A stretch of 64,000 nucleotides of DNA from Eledone cirrhosa. Its lineage: Eukaryota. This document shows, piece by piece, positions 44,121 through 57,581 of the stretch (the first letter of the stretch is position 1; each line of letters begins with the position of its first letter). The position numbers and the translations under genes are program-made. The notes beneath the pieces were generated by a model. It saw only the letters and a program-made list of their open reading frames with translations, ran no database searches and was not told the origin of the DNA. The stretch is taken from assembly GCA_964016885.1 (NCBI GenBank), contig OZ024740.1, positions 300,204,001 through 300,268,000 of the forward strand. Direction: 5' to 3'.

Positions 44121-45019
44121 GTAATAGGAACCAGTTAGACCCCAACGGCTGAATCTAGCCCCGCCCGCTATTTTCCATCCACTGAATCATTATTTTTATA
44201 TAATTTCCCAGTGTCCCCGCATTGCCTGGAAACTTAGCTGAGAATAGTCTCCATGATGACGTAAGGTTTCTCTATAGTTATTACGTAACTATATTTATCC
44301 CCTTACAGAAACTAATTAGTTGGAGTGAAATTTTAGTAAGTAAGTCAATTTTCATAACTTTCTTATTTACGTCTTTCATATAATTGTTCTGCATTCCCCT
44401 GCATAGAACCACAAAGTTACTAAGACAAAACATATATATCTGCTAGCATAGGTATGCATCTGTATACATATGTCGGTAGATATATTAATTCTTTATAATT
44501 ATCTCCAAATTATCTGTTGAGCATGATTTGCCAAAATTACTACTGTGAATGATAGTAGTAGCTAGGCTCTGTCTTAATAGCACCCCCACCCCGAGCTGGT
44601 TAACCTCAGTGTCACGTGATTGATCGTTTTGAATTTGCCATTTGACCAAGAAGGCAGCGAATTTTTCAATGGCTTGGAATCTAGCCCCGCTCGCTTTTTT
44701 CCATCCACTGAATCATTATTTTTATATAAGTTCCCAGTGTCCCCGCATTGCCTGGAAACTTAGCTGAGAATAGACACTCTGATGACGTAAGTGTTCTCTA
44801 TAGTTATTACGTAACAATATTTATCCCCTTACAGAAACTAATTAGTTGGAGTGAAATTTTAGTAAGTAAGTCAATTTTCATAACTTTCTTATTTACGTCT
44901 TTCATATAATTGTTCTGCATTCCCCTGCATAGAACCACAAAGTTACTAAGACAAAACATATATATCTGCTAGCATAGGTATGCATCTGTATACATATGTC
45001 GGTAGATATATTAATTCTT

Positions 45020-45020
<1 letters not shown>
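44121..45020 (+). mobile_element. 526-nt tandem repeat, family L, one HHR per unit (44248-44326 and 44775-44852)
   Basis: GAATCTAGCC at 44151 and 44677. Cores ATGATGA and CTGATGA; stem III CTAATTAG; GUU triplet. Confidence 0.8.
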
Positions 45021-45058
<38 letters not shown>

Positions 45059-45121
45059 GTGTATATATATGTATATATATATGTGTATATATATATGTAT
45101 ATATATATGTATATATGTAAA

Positions 45122-45155
<34 letters not shown>

Positions 45156-45649
45156 TATATATATGTATATATATATATATGTGTATATATATGTATATAT
45201 ATATGTGTATATATATGTATGTATATATATATATATGTGTATATATATGTATATATATATGTGTATATATATGTATATATATGTATATATATATATATTT
45301 ATATATATATGTATATGTATATATATATGTATATATATATGTATATATATGTGTATATATATATGTATATATATATATGAATAAATATATGTATATATAT
45401 GTATATATATATACATATATTTATTCATATATATATATACATATATATATACACATATATATACATATATATATACATATATATATACATATACATATAT
45501 ATATAAATATATATATATATACATATATATACATATATATACACATATATATATACATATATATACACATATATATATATATACATACATATATATACAC
45601 ATATATATATACATATATATACACATATATATATATATACATATATATA

Positions 45650-45683
<34 letters not shown>

Positions 45684-45761
45684 TTTACATATATACATAT
45701 ATATATACATATATATATACACATATATATATACATATGGATAAATATATGTATATACATG

Positions 45762-45928
<167 letters not shown>

Positions 45929-45938
45929 ATATATGTAT

Positions 45939-46017
<79 letters not shown>

Positions 46018-46358
46018 ATATATATGTATATATATGTATGTATATATATGTATATATATGTATGTATATATATGTATATATATGTATGTATATATATATG
46101 TATATATGTATATATATATATGTATATATATGTATGTATATATATATAACCACAGACCCTCCATCTCAACTCACCTTTTGAAAAGCAGAAGAACTGCGAA
46201 ACCGGGAGAGGAACCAAATAAATATATATATTTTTTAAAAAAATAAGACTCCAGTTGCATTTTCGATTTCATCTCTTTTTCTTTATACTTTCACTCGTGT
46301 AGGATACCACGGTTATTTTTCATTTTGTAAAAAAACCTCACTTTCTAATATATATAAG

Positions 46359-46403
<45 letters not shown>

Positions 46404-46404
46404 G

Positions 46405-46435
<31 letters not shown>

Positions 46436-46522
46436 GTATATATATGTATATATATGTATATATATATATATATGTATATGTATATATATGTATATATATA
46501 TATATGTATATATATGTATATA

Positions 46523-46565
<43 letters not shown>

Positions 46566-46572
46566 GTATATG

Positions 46573-46655
<83 letters not shown>

Positions 46656-46656
46656 G

Positions 46657-46703
<47 letters not shown>

Positions 46704-46724
46704 GTATATATATATATATGTATA

Positions 46725-46761
<37 letters not shown>

Positions 46762-46848
46762 GTATATATATATATATGTATATGTATATGTATATATATA
46801 TATATATTTGTATATATATATATATATGTATATATATGTATATATATG

Positions 46849-46914
<66 letters not shown>

Positions 46915-47343
46915 TGTATATGTATATATATGTATATGTATATATATGTAGATGTATATATATATATATATATATATGTATATGTGTATATATATGAATA
47001 TGTATATATATATATATGTATATATATGTATATGTATATATATATGTATATATATATGTATATATATAAGTATATATATATATGTATATATGTATATGTA
47101 TATGTATATATATATGTATATATATATGTATATATATATATATGGATATATATGTATATGTATATGTATATATGTATATGTATATATATATGTATATGTA
47201 TATATATATGTATATGTATATATATATATGTATATATATATGTATATGTATATATATATATATGTATATGTATATATGTATATGTATATATATATATATG
47301 TATATGTATATATGTATATGTATATATATATATGTACATGTAT

Positions 47344-47405
<62 letters not shown>

Positions 47406-47466
47406 GTATATGTATATATATAAATATGTATATGTATATATATATATGTATATATATATGTATATG

Positions 47467-47515
<49 letters not shown>

Positions 47516-47516
47516 G

Positions 47517-47609
<93 letters not shown>

Positions 47610-47873
47610 GTATATTAATATATATATATATATATATGTATAGAGATTACAATAATCAAAGTTCAGTTTAAATCATTTATTTGCTTACATTTGTTTCCTC
47701 CAAGCTTGAAACTAGTACATCGTTCCTGTGTCAGTGTTGGACAAAAAGGTGACGTGGTTGCCTTAACACCGTATGGCATAAATTCAGGCTGTTCAGTTTG
47801 TTTACAAACGAACAAAGCGGCGTTATAATAAGCGTCCGCTAAACTGATACGTGCATATATGTATGTATACCTG

Positions 47874-48014
<141 letters not shown>

Positions 48015-48194
48015 TGCCACTGTACGTCTGTATACATATATGTATGTACGTATACATACATACTTACATTTATGTATATATAAGTATGTATATATATATG
48101 TATATGTATGTATATATAAGTATGTATATATATATGTACATGTATGCATATACCGGGCCTTAAGAAAACAACTTTAATAATAATTTTTCTGCTT

Positions 48195-48335
48195 TTGGCA
48201 CGGATCCAGCGACTGGTCCAGCGCATCACTGGTACTCTCTTTTTTTGACTCCGTCGGGCTGAAAGGCAAGGTTGACCTCTGCAGGATTTGAGCTCAGAGC
48301 GTGTAGAGTCATAACTCTATGCTGTAAAGCAATTA
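48195..48335 (-). mobile_element. SINE (diverged)
   Basis: Reverse complement of the SINE body: GAGCTCAAATCC...GGTCAACCTTGCCTTTCA...GTACCAGT. Confidence 0.55.
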
Positions 48336-48604
48336 TAATAATACTGGACTGTAATACGAACGGCTTCAACTATACAAACTCTTGAAAGTCAACAGTTGAC
48401 ATAATCTTGTAATCTTGTATCAGTAATGACGGTAATATATATATATATATGTGTGTGTGTGTTTAAGTGAGTAGCGTGTGTGTGTATGTTTGTATGTATG
48501 AGTATTGCTGTATGCGCGCGTATGTATGCGTGTGTGTGCGCGCATATGTATGCGCGTGTGTGTATGTCGTTCTTAAAAGTGTCAATAAGTGAGTTCTTTT
48601 TTTT

Positions 48605-51600
48605 TGGCGCGGGGACCTAGAAATAATCCGGCTGGATGCCCGATCGCGCAGTTAAACCACTGGGAGTGAAGAACCCCTAGCCCTTGTCAGGGCATTCTTC
48701 TAGGAGAAGGCATCTCAGGAAGCTGGGTTAACTCCAACATAAAACGTGCGGCTCAGTAGTTACCGATGATGTTGATCTTTTCTTCTTTTCGGGTTATAGC
48801 TACTGTCGCTCAGAGAGTGGGATTGGCTCAGTGCACAGTCTTTCCTCACTTTAAAATATTCGTCACGCACAGGCATTGCACGAGTTCATTAATAATTATT
48901 AATAGTGTACTATTATTATTTTTTTTTTTTTCCAATTCAATGATGTTCCAGAACAATATAAAAGATATAATTGGCAATTTAGGTTCTGGAACAAAAAATA
49001 TAATTGGCATTAAGGGCAGGGGGCCTAGGTTATCACAGCCTGGGCCCGCTCGTCATCGTGCCATTGTAATAGAGCCAAACAAGGCATTTAGTGTTGGCTG
49101 CTGGAACGTACGGACGCTGCTTGACAGGGATTCCTTGGAGCGTCGAACGAAGGACCGCTCTTGTTGCAAAGGAGCTTCAATGTTACGATCTTGACATCGT
49201 GGCTTTATCTGAGACGAGGTTAGCTGGAGATGGTCATCTTACGGAATTTTGTGGAGAATATGCATTCTTCTGGAAAGGAAGAGATGAAGGAACCAGAAGA
49301 GAGGCTGGTGTAGGATTTGCTGTTAAGACTGTACTTTTGAATAAATTAGAAGAATTCCCAGTAGGGATTAGTGAGCGTCTTATGTCCATGAGAATTTCGC
49401 TGGACAGAGGAAGATATGCGACCCTGGTGAGTGTGTATGCTCCAACTATGAATTCTGTCGATGAAGAAAAAGTGTCCTTTTACCATGCCTTGAAAGGTGT
49501 TTTAAGAAATATCCCCCAGGCAGACAAAGTCATCGTGCTTGGTGACTTTAATGCTAGAGTGGGTAGATATTTTAACACATGGAATGTAATCGGAAGGCAT
49601 GGGGTGGGAAAGTGTAACAACAATGGTATGCTCCTGCTGCAGATGTGTGAGGAGCTAGATCTGTGTGTTACTAACACCATGTCCCAACAAAAGAACAAAT
49701 TCAAGACCACATGGATGCATTCTGCATCTAAGGAATGGCATCTTTTGGACTACTTCTTAGTCAGGATGCGTGACAGACAGGATGTGCAGTGTGTTCGTGC
49801 TCTTCGTGGAGTTGAGTGCTGGACGGACCACCGCCTGGTACGCGCAAAAGTGAAACTAATCACTAAACGTAAAATCCGGGCTCCTGGTGTTGCCCTGCCC
49901 AAAAGATTGAATGCTGCTCGTCTTAAGATAAACATGTGAAGAGGATATTGGAAGAAGAGATGCAGGCTGCATATCTTGGTGAGGATTGGCCGACCCTTAA
50001 AAAGTCGGTTTATGATGTAGGCAGGCGTGTTCTGGGATTGGTGCAGAGAAAACATCAGGACTGGTTTAATGAGAATGATGTACATATAGAAGACTTGTTG
50101 GCTGATAAGAGGCGTGCTCTGTCACGCTACTAGACGGCAAAACCACAGAAGAGGAATACGTTGCATGAGGAACTCAAGGATGTAAAATCACGTGTTAGGC
50201 GGAGTCTTTCTCAGATGAAGGATCAGTGGTGGAGTGAGAAGGCTGGTGAGATACAAACTGCGTCAGATTCCAATAACACAAAGCTGTTGTACAGTCTCTT
50301 GCGTGAGGTTTATGGACCGTCTTCTTCTCTGGTGACACCGCTTCGCAGCAAGGATGGCAAAGAACTTCTTCGTGACTCACAAGGAATTCTACGAAGGCGG
50401 CGAGAGCACTTTCATGATCTTTTGAATCAGCCTGTCTGTCGTCAGTGAAGATTTCCTCAATCTCATTCCAGAAAGTCCCGTGAAAGTAGCTCTCGCAGAA
50501 CCTCCGACGCTTGTGGAGGTTGCAGTGGCTATTTCGAAGGTGAACAGTGGAAGGTCTCCAGATATGGATGGCATACATGCTGAGCTCCTACAATATGGTG
50601 GTGAGAGACACCTGCAACATCTTCACTCTTTGGTTGGCATGATATGGGCTAATGAATCCCTACCTGAGGACTGGAGAGATGCAGTAATGGTGGTCTTGTA
50701 CAAGGGAAAGGGTAACAGGAATGATTGTGGGAACTACATAGGTATATCATTGCTTTCTGTTGTAGGGAAAGTTTTATGTAGCGTGCTTCTGGACCGTCTG
50801 CTGACACACATTGCAGATTGTGCTCTTCCTGAAAGTCAATCTGGTTTTCGTGCTGGACGCGGCACTACTGATATGATCTTCTCAGCTAGACAGCTCCAGG
50901 AGAAGTGCATGGAACAAGGCTTGGATCTGTATCAGGTTTTTGTCGATCTGACAAAAGCTTTCGATACTGTTAACAGAGATGCATTATGGAAGGTTCTCCA
51001 GAAACTTGGTTGCCCTGATAAGTTCCTTGCTTTAGTTAGGTCTTTCCATGACGACATGAAGGCTTGGGTTAATGTCGGAGGTAACATGTCGGAGCCTATC
51101 TCAGTAAAAAAATTGAGTGAAGCAGGGGGATATTCCAGCACCGACCCTGTTTGCCATATACTTTGCAATGGTTTTCTGTATTGCATTCAGGAATTGCGAG
51201 CGTGGTGTTTACATCCGATATCGAACTTCAGGCAGCTATTTAACATCAGGCGCTTTGTTGCAAAGACAAAAGTATTTACATCAATCACAAGAGACCTCTT
51301 GTATGCAGATGATTGCGATCTTGTAGCGCACACAGAGAGTGATAAGCAGCACATTTTGAATGCATTTTCTGACGCTTGCACTGCCCTAGGATTTACTGTC
51401 AGTCTCAAGAAAACCGTCGTCATGTACCAACCTGCCCCTGGTAAGCAGTACACTGAACCAAATATCTATGTGTATGGTAAACGACTTGGAGTGGTTGATC
51501 AGTTTGTCTACCTGGGAAGCACTGTCAATCGATACAGCAACCTTGATAGTGAAATCTCACTTAGGATTAGGAAAGCAAGTGATGCTTTCGGAAAGCTAGA

Positions 51601-52672
51601 AAGGCGACTCTGGGGTCAGCGAGACATATGCAGGAGGACAAAGTTAAAGGTGTACAGGGCATGTGTGCTCTCTTGTCTTCTTTATGCCTGCGAGACTTGG
51701 GTCACATATCGACACCACCTTAAGCAATTCGAGCGTTTCCATCAGATGTGTCTCAGACGGACCATGGCGTTCACTGGAAGGACCGCATCAGTGATGTCGA
51801 GATTTTGGAAAGCTCTATGTGTGACAGTATAGAAGCTCTTGTGCTTAAGCAACGACTCCGTTGGAGTGGTCACCTTGCCAGGATGAATGATTCTAGAATA
51901 CCAAAACAACTCTTTTATGGAGAGTTGGTTAAAGGAAAACGACCGCCACATAAACCAAAAAAGAGGTATAAGGATTTCTTGAAAGCCTCTCTGAAAGACG
52001 CTAACATCTCTGGTGATACGTGGGAACATATTGCTGCTGATCGTAATAAATGGAGAAAGACTGTATATGAGGGAAAAGTTGCCTTTGAGGCATCTCGAAT
52101 CGCATACGAGAAAGTAAAGCGGGATGTGAGGAAAGGCATTGCTGTTGCACTTCCAGACGGTGAGGGTCCTCCTACGGGACTGACATGCAGCGTCTGTGCG
52201 AGACTCGGCCTAAGCAAAGCAGGACTCGAAAGTCATCTTCGCAGTCATAAAGTAAGACCAGTGGTTTGATACCAGGCTGCTGTTGGAGATGCTACTCATC
52301 ATGCTTACCAAAAATGTGGTAGAGAATGTAAATCAGCAGGAGGGTTCAAGCGACATGCAAAAGTACACGAACTCCAACCACAGCCGACTATTCCCAGTGA
52401 ATGCTTTGGTTGCCGACTCTGTGCAAGACATTTTAGATCATTGGCTCGGCTAAAAAGCCACATTCGATCGCAGCGGTGTTAGTTGCTATCGCGTGTGGGT
52501 GTGTGTGTATAGATATGTTTATGTGTGTGCGTGTATGTGTATATATATATGTATATGTATATTATTATTGTTGTTGTCGTTATTATTATTGTTGTTATTA
52601 TTATTATTGTTATTAATGTATATGTGTGTGTGTATATATGTATGTGTGTATGTATGTATATGTATGTGTATG

Positions 52673-52713
<41 letters not shown>

Positions 52714-52838
52714 TTCTTTTTTTTATTTTAATTTTGTTTTTTATTTATTTATTAATTTTTATTTTTTATTTATTTTATTTAATTTTTTTTTCTCCTCGTG
52801 CAATGGCCATACTCGATAACGAGGGGACAGCCATCATA
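48605..52838 (+). mobile_element. Near full-length RTE-clade LINE (APE endonuclease + RT + C-terminal C2H2 fingers), frameshifted
   Basis: CWNVRTL, LSETR, GVGFA, SVYAPT, LGDFNARVG, LDYFLV, TDHRLV; ESQSGFR, FVDLTKAFDTV, KQGD, LLYADDC, YLGS, CETW, LRWSGHL; 3' end GGGACAGCCATCAT. Confidence 0.93.
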
Positions 52839-52856
52839 TATATGTATATATATATG

Positions 52857-52906
<50 letters not shown>

Positions 52907-52982
52907 TGTATATATATGTATATATATATATATGTATATGTATATATATATATATGTATATATATTAATATATATGTATTTT

Positions 52983-53131
52983 TCTAAGGCGGGTAAAATT
53001 CCCGAGATCCATGGACGAGTTCTCTCCAGCAGTCTCTGTCCCTCATTATCGCTGCCATGTCCTGCGTCTCCAACAGACCAGTGTCTGTCCTTAGGGCATC
53101 AACATACGTTAACCTTGGTCTTCGTCTTCTA
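52983..53131 (-). mobile_element. 3' fragment of another RTE-like LINE
   Basis: [17 protein letters not shown]...[11 protein letters not shown] resembles an RTE ORF C-terminus. Confidence 0.6.
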
Positions 53132-53420
53132 GTGTATATATATGTGTATATATATGTATATATATGTGTATATATATATGTATATATAAGTATATATATA
53201 TGTGTATGTATATATATATGTATATGTATATGTATATGTGTATGTATATATAGGTATATGTATATATATATATGTATATGTATATATATATATGTATATA
53301 TATATGTATATATATATATATATGTATGAATATATATATGTATATATGTATGAATATATATATGTATATATATGTATGAATATATATATGTATATATATG
53401 TATGAATATATATATGTATA

Positions 53421-53463
<43 letters not shown>

Positions 53464-53580
53464 GTATATATATATATATGCATATATATATATATGTATA
53501 TGTATGTATATATATATATGTATATATATGTATATATATATATATGTATATATATGTATATATATATCTGTATATATATG

Positions 53581-53640
<60 letters not shown>

Positions 53641-53704
53641 TATGTATATGTATGTATGTATATACGTATGTAAATATATGTATATATATATATGTATATA
53701 TATG

Positions 53705-53736
<32 letters not shown>

Positions 53737-53744
53737 TACATATA

Positions 53745-55628
53745 TGTTTTCTCTTTCTCTTAATTTCGAGTATATATTTTTGACCGGCCACCTTCCTGGT
53801 GGCAAGGTTGTAAAAGAAAAGAAATTGTCATCCCTTGAATCGCAAGAATGTTTTGCATATTTTGAAGGTGCCAGCTATCGCAGCCATTTGTAGACTATGA
53901 ATTAGGGAGCTGCGCTTTTTGTCCGCAAATCCAAGTTCGGTCATACTTTGGTCCAAGCGGGTTGGTATATAACCCGTAGCACCAATAATGATGGGTATGA
54001 AGCTAAAGGTGTATCTTGGATACTGGATTTGTAAGCTCCTCATCAATGGTCCATAGATGTCCTCCTTCTCCTGTATTTTTCTGACAACGTTTACATCAAG
54101 TGGGCAGCTGATCTCCACAACAGAACACGTTTTCAATGTGTGGTCCCAAACTACAATATCAGGCCGGTTGTGCTTTAATTTGGTGGCAGTTTTTATTTTC
54201 AGGTTCCACCAGTATTCCTTAGTGCCATCTGTCTCAATATATTCTTCCTCGTTTGTTGTTAATTTTGTTTTCCGAAGTGCGTTCCAGATAGTTCTAGCTA
54301 TCCCATCGTGTCTCATGGGGAGGTAGTAGCGAGATGACATTCTTTCGCAGCTGGCAACAATGTGGCTTACATCCTCGATCTTTGTTTTACATAGCCTACA
54401 TTTATTGTCAGCTGCTGGCCCTCCTCTTTTGTGCAGCAGATATTTGGTAGGGAGTTCTTGTTCCTGTCTTGCATAGAGATATCCCTCAAGGTGTGATATC
54501 ATAAACTTGTCGGAACTCCATGCCAGGCTTTTTGAGTGGTTTATCCCCTCTATGGTCTGCGTTTTACGCCTCAAGTATCCATGCACAACTTTCTCTGTAA
54601 ATTGGTCAATTTTCTTTTCTTGTTTGAACATTGAATAGGATCTTCCGATTTCTCTGGGTGAGAGATTTATATCAGGCTTTATTCCATATCTCTCCTCCAG
54701 ATCAGTCGCTATTCTAATGATATTTCTTTTTTCATGCTCATAAACCTGAGCAAGATGGTCGCCAACCTTTTTCCTCTGTTGAAGGTGTTGCTTCAGTGTT
54801 ACTATCCGGGTCTCATATGTTGTTAATATTGATTTTAGACCCCGGCCACCTTCCTTGCGTGAGAAGTATAGCCTATCCACATCACCATTGATGTTAAAGT
54901 TCCCAGTAACACTGAGAAGTTTTCGAGTTCTAACATCCATCTCACTTAGTTCTTGCAATGACCAGTTCAGTAGGCCAAATGTTGGCGTTAGAATTGGCAC
55001 AGCATAGGTATTGTGGGAAATGTATTTGTTGTATGCCGACAGTTCTGATGACCATATTTTTTTTACTCTTCTGAGGTATTCAGTTCTGGTTCTCTCCTTA
55101 TTTATGGGTCCATCATATCTGACATTCTCATCCTGTCCAAGATATCTGTAGTTGTCACCTGACTGCAGAGGTTGTATTGTCAGGCCGTTCATATCTAGAT
55201 TTCTAGAGGAGGGCACAGCTCTTCCACGTTTTACTGCCAAATATGCACACTTGGACTCACCAAATTTCATTTTGATGTCGGTTGAAAATTGTGTAATGAG
55301 GTCCAATTGTTTCTTGATGTCATTGATATTTGGCCCATACAACTTCAGGTCATCAACAAAGAAAAGATGGAAGATACTTCTGGGCCCACTTCTTTGTCCA
55401 CCTTGTTTCCTGAGTAGGTAAGATAGTGGATTCAGTGAGAGAACGAAGAGTAGTACTGACAAGCTATCACCCTGAAAGATGCCCTTCTGGTCTTAACGTG
55501 CTCCTTCTCACCTCTAAGGATCAAATTGGTGTACCAGTTCTTGGTCAGGCGTTCAACAGCAGCTACTAATGGTTGTGGGACTTTAGCTAACTGTAAAGCC
55601 TTAATAATCCACCCATGAGGTACACTGT
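53745..55628 (-). mobile_element. Dong/R4-like non-LTR element with restriction-like endonuclease, 5'-truncated, in (TA)n
   Basis: SVPHGWII..L at the 5' end, then the RT-RLE ORF; microsatellite on both sides. Clade call is inferred from domain architecture. Confidence 0.8.
53828..55462 (-). CDS. RT (partial) + CCHC zinc finger + RLE domain, open for 544 aa
   Basis: [32 protein letters not shown]...[20 protein letters not shown]...VEISCP. Confidence 0.85.
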   Translation of the reverse strand: MSVLLFVLSLNPLSYLLRKQGGQRSGPRSIFHLFFVDDLKLYGPNINDIKKQLDLITQFSTDIKMKFGESKCAYLAVKRGRAVPSSRNLDMNGLTIQPLQSGDNYRYLGQDENVRYDGPINKERTRTEYLRRVKKIWSSELSAYNKYISHNTYAVPILTPTFGLLNWSLQELSEMDVRTRKLLSVTGNFNINGDVDRLYFSRKEGGRGLKSILTTYETRIVTLKQHLQQRKKVGDHLAQVYEHEKRNIIRIATDLEERYGIKPDINLSPREIGRSYSMFKQEKKIDQFTEKVVHGYLRRKTQTIEGINHSKSLAWSSDKFMISHLEGYLYARQEQELPTKYLLHKRGGPAADNKCRLCKTKIEDVSHIVASCERMSSRYYLPMRHDGIARTIWNALRKTKLTTNEEEYIETDGTKEYWWNLKIKTATKLKHNRPDIVVWDHTLKTCSVVEISCPLDVNVVRKIQEKEDIYGPLMRSLQIQYPRYTFSFIPIIIGATGYIPTRLDQSMTELGFADKKRSSLIHSLQMAAIAGTFKICKTFLRFKG

Positions 55629-55872
55629 ATATATGTTTGTATGTATATATGTATGTATATATATATATGTATATATATGTATGTATATATATATATATGT
55701 ATATATATGTATGTATGTATATATGATTGTATATATATGTATGTATGTATATATTATGTATATATATATATATGTATATATATGTACGTTTATATATATA
55801 TATGTATATATATATATGTATATATATATATATTGGTATATATATATATATGTATATATATGTATATATGTA

Positions 55873-56087
<215 letters not shown>

Positions 56088-56273
56088 GTGTGTATATATA
56101 TATGTATATATATATATATATATGTGTATATATATATGTATATATATATGTATATATATATGTATATATATATGTATATATGTATATATATATATAATAT
56201 ATATATATGTATATATATATATATATGTGTGTATATATATATATATGTATATATATATATAAAATATGTACAC

Positions 56274-56307
<34 letters not shown>

Positions 56308-56312
<5 letters not shown>

Positions 56313-56742
56313 TTGTACACGTGCATACATATATGTATACAGACGTACAGTAGTATGTATATATATATACATACATCGACACATAGATGTATGTACGTAT
56401 GGATTCACCGAACATTTATTATAATGCTCGGTGTGTTTGTAAACAAACATCCCGTATTAAGCCGTAGTGTCTAGCAACCATCGTTGCTCGTTTGTTCAAC
56501 ACTGACAAAGGAACGTTGTACTAGTTTTAAGCTTATTAGCTATCGTCAGCAACGTATACCTTTCTGCCAGATTGTTGAAAATATATACCTACCTTATGCA
56601 TATTAACGGCTACACACCGAGCATTATAATAAATGTTCGGTGAATCCATACGTACATATATATATATGTGTGCATGTATGTATATATATATACATACTAT
56701 TGTACGTCTGTATTCATATATGTATGTACGTGTACACACTTA
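56308..56742. mobile_element. MITE-like element with approx. 125-bp terminal inverted repeats; diverged relative at 47702-47860
   Basis: 56308-56436 is the reverse complement of 56612-56742; TA flanks; no ORF. Confidence 0.55.
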
Positions 56743-57012
56743 TATTTAAGTAACAGCCGTACTAAGAGTGGGAGATGAAATTTCGTTTCATTTTTTCCGT
56801 TTATATATATATATATATTTAGGTTTGTTGAATCCCCACTGGATAGAATTGGTCATTCCGTATGCTCAATCTCGATGTAATATTATGGAAAGTACTCAAC
56901 GAAATGCAGCTCACCCGTCTTCGTTTGTGTAGTTCGTGGTGCGAGTACGGAATTAATTATTATTATAAAATAACAGGAGGCTGGACTTGTGTAAATCCTT
57001 GAAAGTTTTATT

Positions 57013-57070
57013 ATACTATGATCATTTCAATGACCTGGTTCCGTATGAATCCGGTGATATCATCAGGTAT
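57013..57070 (-). ncRNA. Type I hammerhead motif, family A
   Basis: Minus strand: ATAC-CTGATGA...GAAA-TGATCA-TA-GTAT-AATAAA. Confidence 0.8.
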
Positions 57071-57136
57071 TCGAAATATAACAAAGGAATATAACAGATA
57101 AAATCCATGGGTGTGAAAATCACAGACAAGAGGATG

Positions 57137-57196
<60 letters not shown>

Positions 57197-57331
57197 GTGA
57201 GGTTTTTTTTACAAAATGAAAAATAACCGAGGTGTCCTACACGAGTGGAAGTATAAAGAAAAAGGGATGAAATCGAAAATGCAACTGAAGTCTTATTTTT
57301 TTAAAAAATATATATATTTATTTGGTTCCTT

Positions 57332-57495
57332 GAATAGGGCCGGGAGTGCGAACGGACGACCGAAGTCGACGCGCGGCGCGCGAACGACAACGGCGCCGTC
57401 GCCCCGAACGCGCTGACGACGCAGCGCGCTTTCGAGACCCGAATTCCGACTACGAGCTTTTCAAACGCAACAATTTTAATATACGCTACCGGAGC

Positions 57496-57497
<2 letters not shown>
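57332..57497 (-). pseudogene. 18S rRNA fragment (conserved block leading into a GC-rich V4 region)
   Basis: Minus strand AGCTCCGGTAGCGTATATTAAAATTGTTGCGTTTGAAAAGCTCGTAGTCGGA matches the eukaryotic 18S motif AGCTCCAATAGCGTATATTAAAGTTG.TGC.GTTAAAAAGCTCGTAGTTGGA. Confidence 0.85.
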
Positions 57498-57529
<32 letters not shown>

Positions 57530-57538
57530 ATATATATT

Positions 57539-57581
<43 letters not shown>

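Noticed and set aside
57413-57468. HHR-like string inside the 18S fragment (TTGAAAA-GCTCG...CGGGT..GAAA-GCGCGC)
   Set aside because: The first half is conserved rRNA sequence, the triplet would be UG and stem I does not close. Treated as coincidence.
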